NCBI GenBank assembly: GCA_900549775.1
Contig: URPR01000001.1
Location: 50,094 to 114,093, forward strand
Reading direction: 5' to 3'
DNA: 64,000 nt
From: an uncultured Oscillospiraceae bacterium
GTDB lineage: Bacteria; Bacillota; Clostridia; Oscillospirales; Acutalibacteraceae
Shown: positions 26,184 to 36,318 of the stretch, piece after piece
How positions within the stretch are numbered: position 1 is the stretch's first letter
How the letters are laid out: each line of letters opens with the position of its first letter
Position numbers and translations under genes: made by a program
Notes under the pieces: model-generated
The model's input: only the letters and a program-made list of their open reading frames with translations
What the model was told of the DNA's origin: nothing
Databases searched by the model: none

Positions 26184-28256
26184 ATGAAAAATAAAAGAAA
26201 TAAAAATAAATTTACACATAAACTTGTAACTACCATCAATGATAATTACTTTAGAGTTGCAGCGGTTAAAGTTTTAAAAACTTTTTTAGTTATATTTCTA
26301 GTAATAGCTTTTTTTATGTTTAGCACAGGATTGGTTTATTTATTTCAAGTAGCAAATGATAAGGTAGAATATGACGTTAAGGCATCTAAGCTGTTGCTAA
26401 GCAGTATAGTTTACATAAATGGAGAAGATGGAAGCACTAAAGAATATACAAGAGCATATGATACTGAAAACAGAATTTGGGCTGATTTTGATAAAATACC
26501 AAATCATATGAAAGATGCAATAATAGCTATTGAGGACAAAAGATTTTTTGAACATAGCGGTGTAGACTGGATTAGAACAGCAGGTGCTGCGATAAATTTA
26601 GTAACGGGGTCTGACACATATGGCGGATCAACTTTAACGCAACAATTGATAAAAAACTTGACAGGTGAAAATCAAACCAGCATAACAAGAAAAGTAAAAG
26701 AAATATTTAGAGCCTTAAATTTTGAAAGAGAAAACTCGAAAGATGAAATATTGGAAGCATACTTAAATGTGGTTCACTTTGGGGCAGGATGCTATGGAGT
26801 ACAGGCTGCAGCTAAAAAATATTTTGAAAAGGATATAGCAGATTGTTCAATAGCAGAATGTGCGACAATTGCCGGTATTACTCAAAACCCAACTGCATTT
26901 AATCCATTATTGCACCCTGAGAATAACAAAAAAAGGCGAGAAACTGTGCTTTACGAAATGTTTTCTCAGTCAAAAATCACAGAAGATGAATATAATAAAG
27001 CAATAGAAGAATCTAATAAAATGACTTTTAAAAATTCAACTTCTAAAAAGGGCATACTTCCGGAGCATGTAAGAGATTGGTATACAGAAGCTTTGTTCAA
27101 CGATGTAGTTAATGATTTGTCTCAGAAATACAAAATCAGCAAATCTGCAGCGCAAAAGATGCTATATACGCAAGGTTTACAGATTTACAGCGCGATGGAT
27201 GAAAAAGCCCAAAGAGCAGCTGAATCTGTCATATGGGATTCTAATATATTATCTGGAGATAAGAAGCTTGAACTTGGTTATTTGATGATGGATTTTAATG
27301 GTAGGATTTTGGCAAGTGTAGGTTCTAGAGCGAAAAAAACAGCCAATAGTTTATTTGACAGAGCAAACTTTGCAAAACGACAACCGGGATCGTCCATTAA
27401 GCCTATAGCGGTTTATGCTCCTGCGATTGACTTGGGACTTTATGATTATAATTCAACACTTCCGGATGCGCCTATAGAAAATTTCTACGGTATAGGAAAA
27501 CCAGGTCCTAGGAACTGGTATGGAGGATACAAAGGTTCTGTGAGCTTACAATGGGCAATAGAACAGTCAGCAAACGCACCTGCGGCACAAGTTTTGAGAA
27601 AACTTACTAACAGAAAAAGTTATGACTTTTTAACAAAGAAACTCTTTATGAGCAGCTTATCTGAAACGGATCTTGTATCTTCTTCGGCGCTGGCTTTAGG
27701 GGGGTTAAACGTCGGGGTTACAGTCAGAGAAATGGTAGCAGCGTTTCAAATATTTGGAAATGGTGGCATGTACAATAAGCCATTCACTTATTTTTATGTT
27801 TTGGATAGGAATGGGAAAATCCTCTTAGATAATCGGAATAATATTTCGACAAGAGCGATAAGCGAAAAAACCGCAACCGTAATGAACAGGTTGCTAAGAA
27901 ATGTAGTGGTGAGCGGTACTGGTAGACTGGCCAATATAAAAAATTGGGAAGTAATAGGCAAAACTGGTTCTACAAACTCGAACAAAGATAGTTGGTTTGT
28001 GGGAGAAACGCCTTGGGCGGTAGCGGGAATATGGACCGGCTACAACTTTCCTAAAAGATTAAGTTCTACGGCGTATTCAAAACAAATTTGGAAGGCAATA
28101 ATGGAAAAATACCTTGAAGGAAAAGAGCAAAAGGATTATGTTTTAGACAACTCTGTCTTTGAGAGTGAACAGACTGAAGAAATGTCTGAAAATGATGTGG
28201 GAAATAATGAACCAAATGTGAATACAGTAACATCAGAAAATAATATTTATGAATAA
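26184..28256 (+). CDS. Class A penicillin-binding protein (bifunctional glycosyltransferase/transpeptidase, PBP1A-like)
   Basis: GT51 motifs EDKRFFEHSGVD and GGSTLTQQL. Transpeptidase SxxK (SSIK), SxN and KTG (KTGST) are present. N-terminal TM anchor. 690 aa. Confidence 0.85.
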   Translation: MKNKRNKNKFTHKLVTTINDNYFRVAAVKVLKTFLVIFLVIAFFMFSTGLVYLFQVANDKVEYDVKASKLLLSSIVYINGEDGSTKEYTRAYDTENRIWADFDKIPNHMKDAIIAIEDKRFFEHSGVDWIRTAGAAINLVTGSDTYGGSTLTQQLIKNLTGENQTSITRKVKEIFRALNFERENSKDEILEAYLNVVHFGAGCYGVQAAAKKYFEKDIADCSIAECATIAGITQNPTAFNPLLHPENNKKRRETVLYEMFSQSKITEDEYNKAIEESNKMTFKNSTSKKGILPEHVRDWYTEALFNDVVNDLSQKYKISKSAAQKMLYTQGLQIYSAMDEKAQRAAESVIWDSNILSGDKKLELGYLMMDFNGRILASVGSRAKKTANSLFDRANFAKRQPGSSIKPIAVYAPAIDLGLYDYNSTLPDAPIENFYGIGKPGPRNWYGGYKGSVSLQWAIEQSANAPAAQVLRKLTNRKSYDFLTKKLFMSSLSETDLVSSSALALGGLNVGVTVREMVAAFQIFGNGGMYNKPFTYFYVLDRNGKILLDNRNNISTRAISEKTATVMNRLLRNVVVSGTGRLANIKNWEVIGKTGSTNSNKDSWFVGETPWAVAGIWTGYNFPKRLSSTAYSKQIWKAIMEKYLEGKEQKDYVLDNSVFESEQTEEMSENDVGNNEPNVNTVTSENNIYE

Positions 28257-28282
28257 AATTGAATGTGGAGATGGTAATTAAT

Positions 28283-29500
28283 ATGAGCTTAATAGTGCAA
28301 AAGTTTGGAGGAACTTCTGTAGCGGACTCGAAGCTTATATTTAATGTTGCGAAAACTGTAACGAAGGCGTATGATGAAAATAATGATGTGGTAGTTGTTG
28401 TTTCGGCGCAAGGAGATATGACAGATCAGCTTATATTTAAAGCTAATGAAATAAATAAAAAAGGATCAAAAAGAGAAATGGATATGCTGCTATCGGCAGG
28501 AGAACAAATCTCAGTGGCACTTGTTGCAATGGCGATAGAAAAAATGGGTTACCCGGTAGTATCGCTTTTAGGCTGGCAAGCTGGCGTTATGACCAGCTCA
28601 ACTTATGGGAGCGCACTAATTACGAAAATAGACCCTGCAAGAATAAGAAAAGAACTCGATAAGAGAAACATAGTTATAGTTGCAGGCTTTCAAGGCTTAA
28701 ATAAGTACTATGATGTAACGACTTTAGGCAGGGGAGGGTCAGATACAAGCGCCGTGGGGATTGCTGCGGTTTTGAATGCGGATGTATGTAGGATATATAC
28801 AGACGTTGATGGTGTGTATACTGCCGACCCGAGGAAGGTAAAAAATGCGAGAAAACTTTCTTATATTTCATACGATGAAATGCTAGAGTTAGCAAATATG
28901 GGAGCACAGGTGTTAAACAATAGATCGGTTGAAATAGCTAAGAAACACAATATAGAAATTGAAGTGCTTTCCAGTATGGAAGATTTACCCGGCACTGTAG
29001 TTAAGGAGGCAAGTGGTATGGAGAAAATGCTAATTAGTGGAGTCGCAAAAGACGATGGCATAGCGCGCATTACGATAATGGGTGTGCCAGACATTCCGGG
29101 CTGGGCGTTTAAGATATTTTCAAAGCTTTCATCTAAGGGAATAAATGTGGATATAATATTGCAATCTACAGGTGGAGAAAACACGAAAGATATTTCATTT
29201 ACTGTAAGAGAAGAACAGCTTGACGATGCAGTAGAAATTTTAAATGAGTATTGTAAATCTATAGAAGGTAGCTTTGTAACGTACGATAGGAATGTATCGA
29301 AAGTGTCCGTGGTAGGAGCCGGCATGGAGAGTCACCCTGGTGTTGCGGCAAAAATGTTTGAAGCACTTTTTACAGCACAGATTAATATTCAAATGATAGC
29401 AACAAGCGAGATAAAGATTTCTGTTTTGCTGAACCAAAACGAAGCAGATAAAGCTGTAATTGTAATCCACGATACTTTTTTTGATACACCAGCTATTTAA
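28283..29500 (+). CDS. Aspartate kinase
   Basis: MSLIVQKFGGTSV..., the amino-acid kinase fold, and C-terminal ACT domains. Start at ATG 28283 is preferred over ORF-track 28259. Confidence 0.85.
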   Translation: MSLIVQKFGGTSVADSKLIFNVAKTVTKAYDENNDVVVVVSAQGDMTDQLIFKANEINKKGSKREMDMLLSAGEQISVALVAMAIEKMGYPVVSLLGWQAGVMTSSTYGSALITKIDPARIRKELDKRNIVIVAGFQGLNKYYDVTTLGRGGSDTSAVGIAAVLNADVCRIYTDVDGVYTADPRKVKNARKLSYISYDEMLELANMGAQVLNNRSVEIAKKHNIEIEVLSSMEDLPGTVVKEASGMEKMLISGVAKDDGIARITIMGVPDIPGWAFKIFSKLSSKGINVDIILQSTGGENTKDISFTVREEQLDDAVEILNEYCKSIEGSFVTYDRNVSKVSVVGAGMESHPGVAAKMFEALFTAQINIQMIATSEIKISVLLNQNEADKAVIVIHDTFFDTPAI

Positions 29501-29613
29501 AGTTAGAAAAATTTGAGCAGTGGCTGGTTTCTTTTACTACCGAGCTTTGGTGACTTTTGAGGCTAGCCAATGAAACTGCTTTTTATTTAAAATAGAAAAG
29601 GAGATGTATTATT

Positions 29614-29889
29614 TTGTTAAAAAGTGAAGACATAAAAAAATTATGTGAATCGGCGAAAATAATGATGCAGGAAAACGAACTTGAAAATTTTGCAGATGAT
29701 TTGAACGACATGCTAGCGTTCATTAACACTGTGAATGAAAAGGACTTTGATGTTGAATTTAATGGGTTTGATGATGAGATTGAAAACCTTGCTGAAGATG
29801 AAATCGGAAAATCATTAACTCATAAAGAAATATTCAAAGATGTTGACAATAGAGACAACTTCTACGTAGTAAAGGAAAGGGAGATGTAA
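29614..29889 (+). CDS. gatC: Asp/Glu-tRNA(Asn/Gln) amidotransferase subunit C
   Basis: 91 aa (TTG start after SD AAAGGAG), immediately upstream of gatA-gatB. Confidence 0.8.
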   Translation: MLKSEDIKKLCESAKIMMQENELENFADDLNDMLAFINTVNEKDFDVEFNGFDDEIENLAEDEIGKSLTHKEIFKDVDNRDNFYVVKEREM

Positions 29890-29890
29890 T

Positions 29891-31363
29891 ATGGTCAGTG
29901 GAAAGAGCCGTATAAAGCATATTCATGAATTGCTAGAAAAAGGGGAAATCACCTGCACAGAGCTGACTGAGGGGTATTTAAGCGCAATAGAAAAAGATGA
30001 TGAAAAGTTAAAATCATATGTGAGTGTGACTAGAGAGCAGGCCCTGAATACAGCCAAAAAAGTAGATGAGAAACTTTCAAGGAAAGAAAAACTTTTACCG
30101 CTTGAAGGCATCCCTATGGCACTGAAGGATAATATTTGCACAAAAGGCATAAAAACGACTTGTAGCTCCAACATGTTAAAAAATTACATCCCACCCTACG
30201 ATGCTACAGTCTGGGAAATTTTAAAATCTCAGAATGCTGTTTTGCTAGGCAAAACTAATATGGATGAATTTGCTATGGGATGCTCGTGTGAAACTTCTTA
30301 TTTTGCAAAGACAAATAACCCTCATGACTGTAACAGAGTCCCAGGTGGAAGTTCTGGAGGTTCAGCTGCAGCAATAGCTGGAAATTTAGCGGCATATTGT
30401 TTAGGTTCAGACACTGGTGGGTCGATAAGACAACCCTCTAGCTTTTGTGGCATAGTGGGGCTAAAGCCAACCTATGGCTCGATATCGCGGTATGGACTGA
30501 TAGCACTTGCATCTAGTTTAGACCAAATTGGACCTATGACAAGAAGTGTTGAAGATGCCAGCATAATATATGATGCTTTATCGGTTAAAGACCCTAGAGA
30601 CATGACAAGTTGCGGTAAGGTAAATGATGAAAGTCACATGCATTTAAATGAAGATTTAAAGGGCATGAAAATAGGAATTTTGAAACAATATTTTGAAGGT
30701 GTAAAAGAGGAGATAAGAGCTGCAATAGATGATGCCATAAAGGTTTACAAATCTCTCGGTGCGGAAATAGTATATCTTGATATGCCAGATGTAAAATATT
30801 CTTTGCCGATATATTACATTTTAGTTTGTAGCGAGGCTGCATCGAACTTAGCTAGACTTGATGGCATACGTTATGGTCACAAAGCTACTTCATATAAAAA
30901 TATGGATGAGTTTTTTATTAAAGACAGGGCAGAAGGCTTTGGGGACGAAGTTAAACGTAGGATTTTGTTGGGCACTTACTTTCATATGAAAGATAACTAT
31001 GAAATTTACTATAAAAAGGCATTAAGAATCCGAAGTGCAATTATTGAAATGTTTAATAATGCCTTCAAAGAATGCGATGTACTTATAAGCGCTACTGTAG
31101 CTGAGACTGCATTTTTGCATGACTTCAAGCCGGATGATCAGATGCAGGCTTATTTAACGGACATATGCACAGTGCCTGTAAATATTGCTGGACTTTGTGC
31201 TGTATCGGTCCCGTGCGGAGTGGATCAGAACAAATTACCCATAGGCATGCAACTAATAGGTGACCGTTTTTGCGAATATAAAATTTTAAATGCAGCTTAT
31301 AAGTTTGAGCAGATGCAATGTGGCAAAAATTACAAGGAAGTAGATATGGGGGTGAGATTGTGA
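29891..31363 (+). CDS. gatA: Glutamyl-tRNA(Gln) amidotransferase subunit A
   Basis: Amidase signature GGSSGGSAAAIAG with catalytic Ser/Lys. 490 aa. Confidence 0.9.
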   Translation: MVSGKSRIKHIHELLEKGEITCTELTEGYLSAIEKDDEKLKSYVSVTREQALNTAKKVDEKLSRKEKLLPLEGIPMALKDNICTKGIKTTCSSNMLKNYIPPYDATVWEILKSQNAVLLGKTNMDEFAMGCSCETSYFAKTNNPHDCNRVPGGSSGGSAAAIAGNLAAYCLGSDTGGSIRQPSSFCGIVGLKPTYGSISRYGLIALASSLDQIGPMTRSVEDASIIYDALSVKDPRDMTSCGKVNDESHMHLNEDLKGMKIGILKQYFEGVKEEIRAAIDDAIKVYKSLGAEIVYLDMPDVKYSLPIYYILVCSEAASNLARLDGIRYGHKATSYKNMDEFFIKDRAEGFGDEVKRRILLGTYFHMKDNYEIYYKKALRIRSAIIEMFNNAFKECDVLISATVAETAFLHDFKPDDQMQAYLTDICTVPVNIAGLCAVSVPCGVDQNKLPIGMQLIGDRFCEYKILNAAYKFEQMQCGKNYKEVDMGVRL

Positions 31364-32778
31364 GTTTATTTGAAAAATATGAATTAATTTGCGGTTTAGA
31401 AACTCATATAGAGCTATTGACTAAAAGCAAAATTTTTTGTAGTTGTGCAACTTCATTTGGAGACGTACCAAATACACATGTTTGCCCGATTTGTTTAGGA
31501 CATCCAGGCGTTTTACCCAGGCTTAATGGTAGAGTTCTAGATTTTGCGATAATGGCAGGTATTGCGACAAACTGTGAAGTAGAAAAAACTATAGGATTTG
31601 ACCGCAAAAACTATTTTTACTGTGATTTACCGAAGGGTTATCAGATAACTCAAAATAAGTTCCCAATATGCAAGGGCGGATATATAGAGCTTGAAAAGGG
31701 CAAGAAAATAAGGATTAACCACATACACATTGAAGAAGATGCCGCAAAGCTCACGTATAAGGGTCAGGATATACTTATAGACTACAATAGAAGTGGGGTG
31801 CCGCTGATAGAAGTAGTTTCAGAGCCGGATTTAAATGATCTATTAGAAATAAAAGAGTACCTTTCTAAACTACAGCACCTTATGAGATACATAGGGGTGT
31901 CGGACTGTAAAATGCAAGAAGGGTCAATGCGTTGTGATGTGAATATTTCTGTTAGAAAAGTCGGCGAAAAAGAACTTAATATGAAAACAGAAGTAAAGAA
32001 TGTAAACTCAATATCTCACATTTTAAAAACAGTTGAGTATGAGTTCAAACGGCAAGTGGAAATGCTAGAGAAAGGCGAAGTTGTTTCTAAAGAAACAAGG
32101 CGATACAATGAACTTTCAAAAAAGACTGAAGTTATGCGCAAAAAGGAAGAACAGAGGGAGTATAAATATTTTAAGGAGCCAGACATACCGCTTATAAATA
32201 TTTCGGAGGAAAAGGTAAGTAGCATAAGAAAATTGATGCCGGAAATGCCGCAAAAGAAAATAGCGAAATTTACAAGCGAGTATGGACTAAGTGATTTGCA
32301 GGCTAGAACATTAATTAAGTATCGTAAGGTAGCGGACTGTTTTGAAGCGGTTTGTGATGGAGTAGAAAATAAAAAAATAGTAGCAAATTTCTTTATAAAT
32401 GAAATCTTTGAGAGTTTAGATACAGAAGCAAAAAAACAAGATTTTCTCTTACCGGTAAAGGCGGAAAGTTTAAATAAACTTATGAAACTTTTAGATAGCG
32501 GCAAAATAACTGTCAGTTTTGCAAAAGAAATTTTTGAAACAATGGTGCAAAACAATGAAAATGTACAGCTGGATGAAAGTAAAATAGAAAGTTTTGGTGA
32601 AGGAAAAATCAAAGAGATTTGCATGTTAGCGATAAAAGAAAATCAAAAAGCTGTGGATGATTATAAAAGTGGAAAGAAAAACGCAATAAATATTTTAATT
32701 AAAGATGCAATGACCAAATCAAATAGGGCAGCCAATGGCAAATTAATCTTAGAGACTTTGAAAAATTTGATAAAATAG
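31360..32778 (+). CDS. gatB: Aspartyl/glutamyl-tRNA amidotransferase subunit B
   Basis: VSLFEKYELICGLETHIEL is the GatB N-terminus. A GTG start at 31360 overlaps the gatA stop (GTGA). Confidence 0.85.
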   Translation: MSLFEKYELICGLETHIELLTKSKIFCSCATSFGDVPNTHVCPICLGHPGVLPRLNGRVLDFAIMAGIATNCEVEKTIGFDRKNYFYCDLPKGYQITQNKFPICKGGYIELEKGKKIRINHIHIEEDAAKLTYKGQDILIDYNRSGVPLIEVVSEPDLNDLLEIKEYLSKLQHLMRYIGVSDCKMQEGSMRCDVNISVRKVGEKELNMKTEVKNVNSISHILKTVEYEFKRQVEMLEKGEVVSKETRRYNELSKKTEVMRKKEEQREYKYFKEPDIPLINISEEKVSSIRKLMPEMPQKKIAKFTSEYGLSDLQARTLIKYRKVADCFEAVCDGVENKKIVANFFINEIFESLDTEAKKQDFLLPVKAESLNKLMKLLDSGKITVSFAKEIFETMVQNNENVQLDESKIESFGEGKIKEICMLAIKENQKAVDDYKSGKKNAINILIKDAMTKSNRAANGKLILETLKNLIK

Positions 32779-32805
32779 ACTGTACTAGCACTTACCGCCT
32801 TTTTT

Positions 32806-33540
32806 TTGCATAAGATTAAGTATTATGCAAATGAGGTGGTATTTGTGCTTTTAGGGACGATTTTAGCGGTAATTCAAAATTTTTTATTTTTTGTATTACA
32901 TGTTACAGGACCGGGCTCGTTTCCGCAACCGTTATCGGAAAAAGAAGAAAAAAAATATTTAGTTGAAATGAAGCAAGGAGATAAAAGAGCAAGGAGTAAG
33001 CTGATTGAACATAATTTAAGGCTGGTTGCGCATATAGTGAAGAAGTATTATTCTTCAACGAATGACCAAGACGATTTAGTTTCTATAGGGACTATAGGAT
33101 TAATAAAAGCAATTGACAGTTTTGACTTGTCGAAGGGGATAAGGCTTTCTAGCTATGCGGCAAGATGTATAGAAAATGAAGTGTTGATGTTTTTTAGAAA
33201 CAGTAAAAAAAGTGCACAGGACGTTTCGATGAACGAACCTATAGATACAGACAAGGATGGAAATGCTTTGGTGCTTATGGACGTTATGTCTGTAGAGGAC
33301 TGCATAATAGATGAATTAGACACTAAGATAAAATCTGAGAAGTTGCTATCTTATATGGATGAGGTTCTAAGCGATAGAGAAAAAAGAGTTATTTTGCTGA
33401 GGTATGGCCTAGATGGCAATCAACAGCTTGCTCAGCGGGAAGTAGCTAAAATCTTAGGTATATCGCGCTCGTATGTATCTAGAATAGAGAAAAAAGCTTT
33501 ATCTACGCTCAATAAAAGGTTTAATAGAAGCAAATTTTGA
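32806..33540 (+). CDS. sigK: RNA polymerase sporulation sigma factor pro-sigma-K (contiguous, no intervening element)
   Basis: FPQPLSEKEEKKYLVEMKQGDKRARSKLIEHNLRLVAHIVKKY ... AKILGISRSYVSRIEKKAL closely parallels B. subtilis SigK, including the hydrophobic pro-sequence. The true start may be GTG ~32842 (SD GAGGTGG). Confidence 0.85.
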   Translation: MHKIKYYANEVVFVLLGTILAVIQNFLFFVLHVTGPGSFPQPLSEKEEKKYLVEMKQGDKRARSKLIEHNLRLVAHIVKKYYSSTNDQDDLVSIGTIGLIKAIDSFDLSKGIRLSSYAARCIENEVLMFFRNSKKSAQDVSMNEPIDTDKDGNALVLMDVMSVEDCIIDELDTKIKSEKLLSYMDEVLSDREKRVILLRYGLDGNQQLAQREVAKILGISRSYVSRIEKKALSTLNKRFNRSKF

Positions 33541-33687
33541 TATTACATGAAAATTTTGAAGAAAATTGTGATAATTGTCTTTTATTAAAAGATTTTATAG
33601 ACAATAGTGTAGCAGATTGCAAATTTACATTTATTTGTTTTTTTGATATAATACTTAATGGCATATTATGAAATAGAGGGATAGAAA

Positions 33688-34704
33688 GTGTCAGAAATAG
33701 AAAAAGAGAGAAAAAAAGAAAATATTTTAGTTTCGGTAATAGCGCCAATAAGAAATGAAGAAAATTATATTGAGAATTTTTTAAATTCGTTACTTTCTCA
33801 AGATTTTCCTAAAAAAAACCTTGAAGTAGTTTTAGTAGATGGTATGTCGGAAGATAGAACTTTGGATATTATTAATAGCTTTAAAGGAAAATTTACTCGG
33901 CTGAAAGTTTGTAGTAACCCTAATAAAACAGTACAGTATGCTCTGAACATAGGCGTAAGAAATGCGAGCGGTTTTTATATTGTTAGGATGGACGCACACT
34001 CTGAATATAGTAAAGATTACATATCCAGCTGTGTTGAATGCTTAAAAAACACAGGAGCTGATAATGTAGGTGGCCCGATGATAGCTAAAGGCAAAACGAA
34101 GGTCCAAAAAGTTATTGCGGCGGCTTACCACAGCAAGTTTGCACTGGGTGGTGGCAAGTTCCATGACGAACATTACGAAGGTTATGCAGACACTGTATAT
34201 TTGGGTGCGTTTAAGAAAGAAACATTAGAGAAACTTAACATGTATGACGAGCGCTTACCTAGAAGTGAAGACGATGATTTGAATTTTAGATTAATTGAAT
34301 CAGGCGGAAAAATATTCATAACACCAAAAATAAAGAGTGTATATTATCCCAGAAGCTCTTACAAAGAGCTATTTAGACAATATTATGAGTACGGGCTTTT
34401 CAAAGTGGCTGTTGTAAAAAAACACAGAAAACCTGCAAGAATATCTCATCTAGTGCCGGCAAGTTTCGTTTTATTTATGATTTTATTTGGGCTTTTATCC
34501 TTTTTCTCAAAACCAGCTATGTGCGTCTTTTGGAGCATTATGACATTGTATTTTATTTTAAATATATATTATTCCTTTAAAAATAAGTATTTAAGCTCTT
34601 TTTCTGACAAATTAAGACTAGTGTTTGTACATTTTATTTTACATATATCTTATGGGTTGGGATTTCTTGTGGGAATATTTAAGTTCTTGAACAAAAAATT
34701 GTAG
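33688..34704 (+). CDS. Family 2 glycosyltransferase with C-terminal TM helices
   Basis: VSVIAPIRNEENYIENFLNSLLSQ...VVLVDGMSEDRT is a GT-A fold with a DxD. The C-terminal hydrophobic tail has 2-3 TM segments. Confidence 0.75.
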   Translation: MSEIEKERKKENILVSVIAPIRNEENYIENFLNSLLSQDFPKKNLEVVLVDGMSEDRTLDIINSFKGKFTRLKVCSNPNKTVQYALNIGVRNASGFYIVRMDAHSEYSKDYISSCVECLKNTGADNVGGPMIAKGKTKVQKVIAAAYHSKFALGGGKFHDEHYEGYADTVYLGAFKKETLEKLNMYDERLPRSEDDDLNFRLIESGGKIFITPKIKSVYYPRSSYKELFRQYYEYGLFKVAVVKKHRKPARISHLVPASFVLFMILFGLLSFFSKPAMCVFWSIMTLYFILNIYYSFKNKYLSSFSDKLRLVFVHFILHISYGLGFLVGIFKFLNKKL

Positions 34705-34714
34705 GAGAAAAATA

Positions 34715-35602
34715 TTGAAACCGGAAAAGACAGTAAATTTTTCAAAAGATGAGTTACGAAACTTACAACTAAAAAATTTAGAGATGCTATTATATTTTAA
34801 AAATTTTTGTGATGAAAACAATTTAACTTTTTACTTTTGTGGGGGTTGCTGCATAGGTGCTGTGCGTCATGGTGGTTTTATCCCATGGGACGATGACGTA
34901 GATGTATTTATGAAAAGAGAAGACTATGAGAAACTGGGAGAGCTTTGGAACAAAAAAGCAGATACCGAAAAGTACTCATACTGTCGTTCCAGTGAGGCTA
35001 AAAACTACAGAAACCTTTTTGCAACTATAAATGACAATAACACAACGTTTATTAAAACTCATCAGGCGTCTCTTGATATAAACCATGGTCTGGTTTTGGA
35101 CATCTTACCTCTTGATGGTTACCCGAATTCAAAATTAAAACGAGCAAATCAAATTTTCTGGGCGCTGGTATATTCGCTTTTTTGTGCTGAAATGGTACCT
35201 GAGAATCATGGGAAGCTCGTAAAAGCAATAGGAAAAGTAGGACTAATGCTTTTTAGATCTTCAAAAACCAGGTATAAGATTTGGAGCTTTGCGGAGAAGA
35301 AAATGAAACAATATAAAATTTCAGATTGCGATAATATCACAGAGCTGTGTTCGGGGCCTTTTTATATGATGAAAAAGTACCCTAAGAGTGCATTTGATAA
35401 GCCGGTTTACAAAAACTTTGAGGGCTATGAGATGCCTTTGCCGTGCGACTACGATACATATTTGAAGACAGCTTTTGGAGAGTATTTAAAACTTCCGCCA
35501 AAAGAAAAATGGGTACCTCACCATGATGTGGTGTTCTGTGATTTAAACAACAGCTACAAAAAATATAAAGGAAAGTATTATTGCGTGGAGGGAGAAAAAT
35601 GA
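34715..35602 (+). CDS. licD: LicD-family phosphotransferase (candidate ribitol-phosphate or polyol-phosphate transferase)
   Basis: The LicD/fukutin nucleotidyltransferase-fold motif FYFCGGCCIGAVRHGGFIPWDDDVDV is present. It sits adjacent to tarI/tarJ. Confidence 0.7.
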   Translation: MKPEKTVNFSKDELRNLQLKNLEMLLYFKNFCDENNLTFYFCGGCCIGAVRHGGFIPWDDDVDVFMKREDYEKLGELWNKKADTEKYSYCRSSEAKNYRNLFATINDNNTTFIKTHQASLDINHGLVLDILPLDGYPNSKLKRANQIFWALVYSLFCAEMVPENHGKLVKAIGKVGLMLFRSSKTRYKIWSFAEKKMKQYKISDCDNITELCSGPFYMMKKYPKSAFDKPVYKNFEGYEMPLPCDYDTYLKTAFGEYLKLPPKEKWVPHHDVVFCDLNNSYKKYKGKYYCVEGEK

Positions 35603-36318
35603 TATTTGGGGCAATTTTAGCAGGCGGAGTAGGCTCAAGGATGAATATAGCGGACATGCCTAAACAGTTTTTACCGCTGGGGGAGAAGCCTATAATGGTG
35701 CATACTATTAAGAAATTTTTGTTAAACGATAAATTTGACAAAATCTATGTAGGCGTGCATGCGGACTGGCTTTTACATATGTCTGACTTGTTGAAAAAAT
35801 ATAATTTAGCCGATGAGAGGATTGAACTGGTAAGAGGCGGCAAAGACAGAACAGAAAGCATATTAAACATAATAAAGAAGATAGAGAATGATGAGTCGCT
35901 GAGCTTATCTGATAATGATATCATTGTCACGCATGATTCAGTGCGACCGTTTGTGACAAGCAGGATTATAGATGAAAATATAAATATGGCTTTAAAGTTT
36001 GGTGCTTGTGGTACGGTTGTTAGCTCAGTTGATACGATAATAACCTCAAAGCAAGGAGACACAATAGATTCAGTGCCGGAAAGAAGCACTATGTATCAAG
36101 GGCAAACTCCTCAAAGTTTTAACTTAAAATTAATTAAAAAGTTATACGATGAATTGACAAGTGATGAAAAAAATACTCTAACAGATGCCTGCAAAGTTTG
36201 TGTTTTGAAGAATGTACCGGTGAGGCTTGTAAGAGGGGAGTACTCAAACTTTAAAATCACCACTGTAACGGACTACAAAATCGCTCAAAGCATGGTAGGG
36301 AGGCTGGAGATTGATTAA
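35599..36318 (+). CDS. tarI: D-ribitol-5-phosphate cytidylyltransferase (IspD-like)
   Basis: MIFGAILAGGVGSRM...PKQFL is an IspD/TarI cytidylyltransferase N-terminus. Paired with an MDR dehydrogenase, as in tarIJ. Confidence 0.75.
   Translation: MIFGAILAGGVGSRMNIADMPKQFLPLGEKPIMVHTIKKFLLNDKFDKIYVGVHADWLLHMSDLLKKYNLADERIELVRGGKDRTESILNIIKKIENDESLSLSDNDIIVTHDSVRPFVTSRIIDENINMALKFGACGTVVSSVDTIITSKQGDTIDSVPERSTMYQGQTPQSFNLKLIKKLYDELTSDEKNTLTDACKVCVLKNVPVRLVRGEYSNFKITTVTDYKIAQSMVGRLEID

Noticed and set aside
29517-29600. GC-containing inverted repeats after aspartokinase, considered as a fifth member of the multi-hairpin family
   Set aside because: It is a single imperfect stem (GCAGTGGCTGG / CTAGCC..ACTGC with a bulge) followed by a T tract. 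It behaves as an ordinary intrinsic terminator, not the nested perfect-hairpin architecture.
32806-33540. Possibility that sigK is interrupted by a skin-like prophage element (as in B. subtilis and some C. difficile strains)
   Set aside because: The reading frame is continuous from the pro-sequence through region 4 (RSYVSRIEKKAL). No recombinase gene or intervening element is present.
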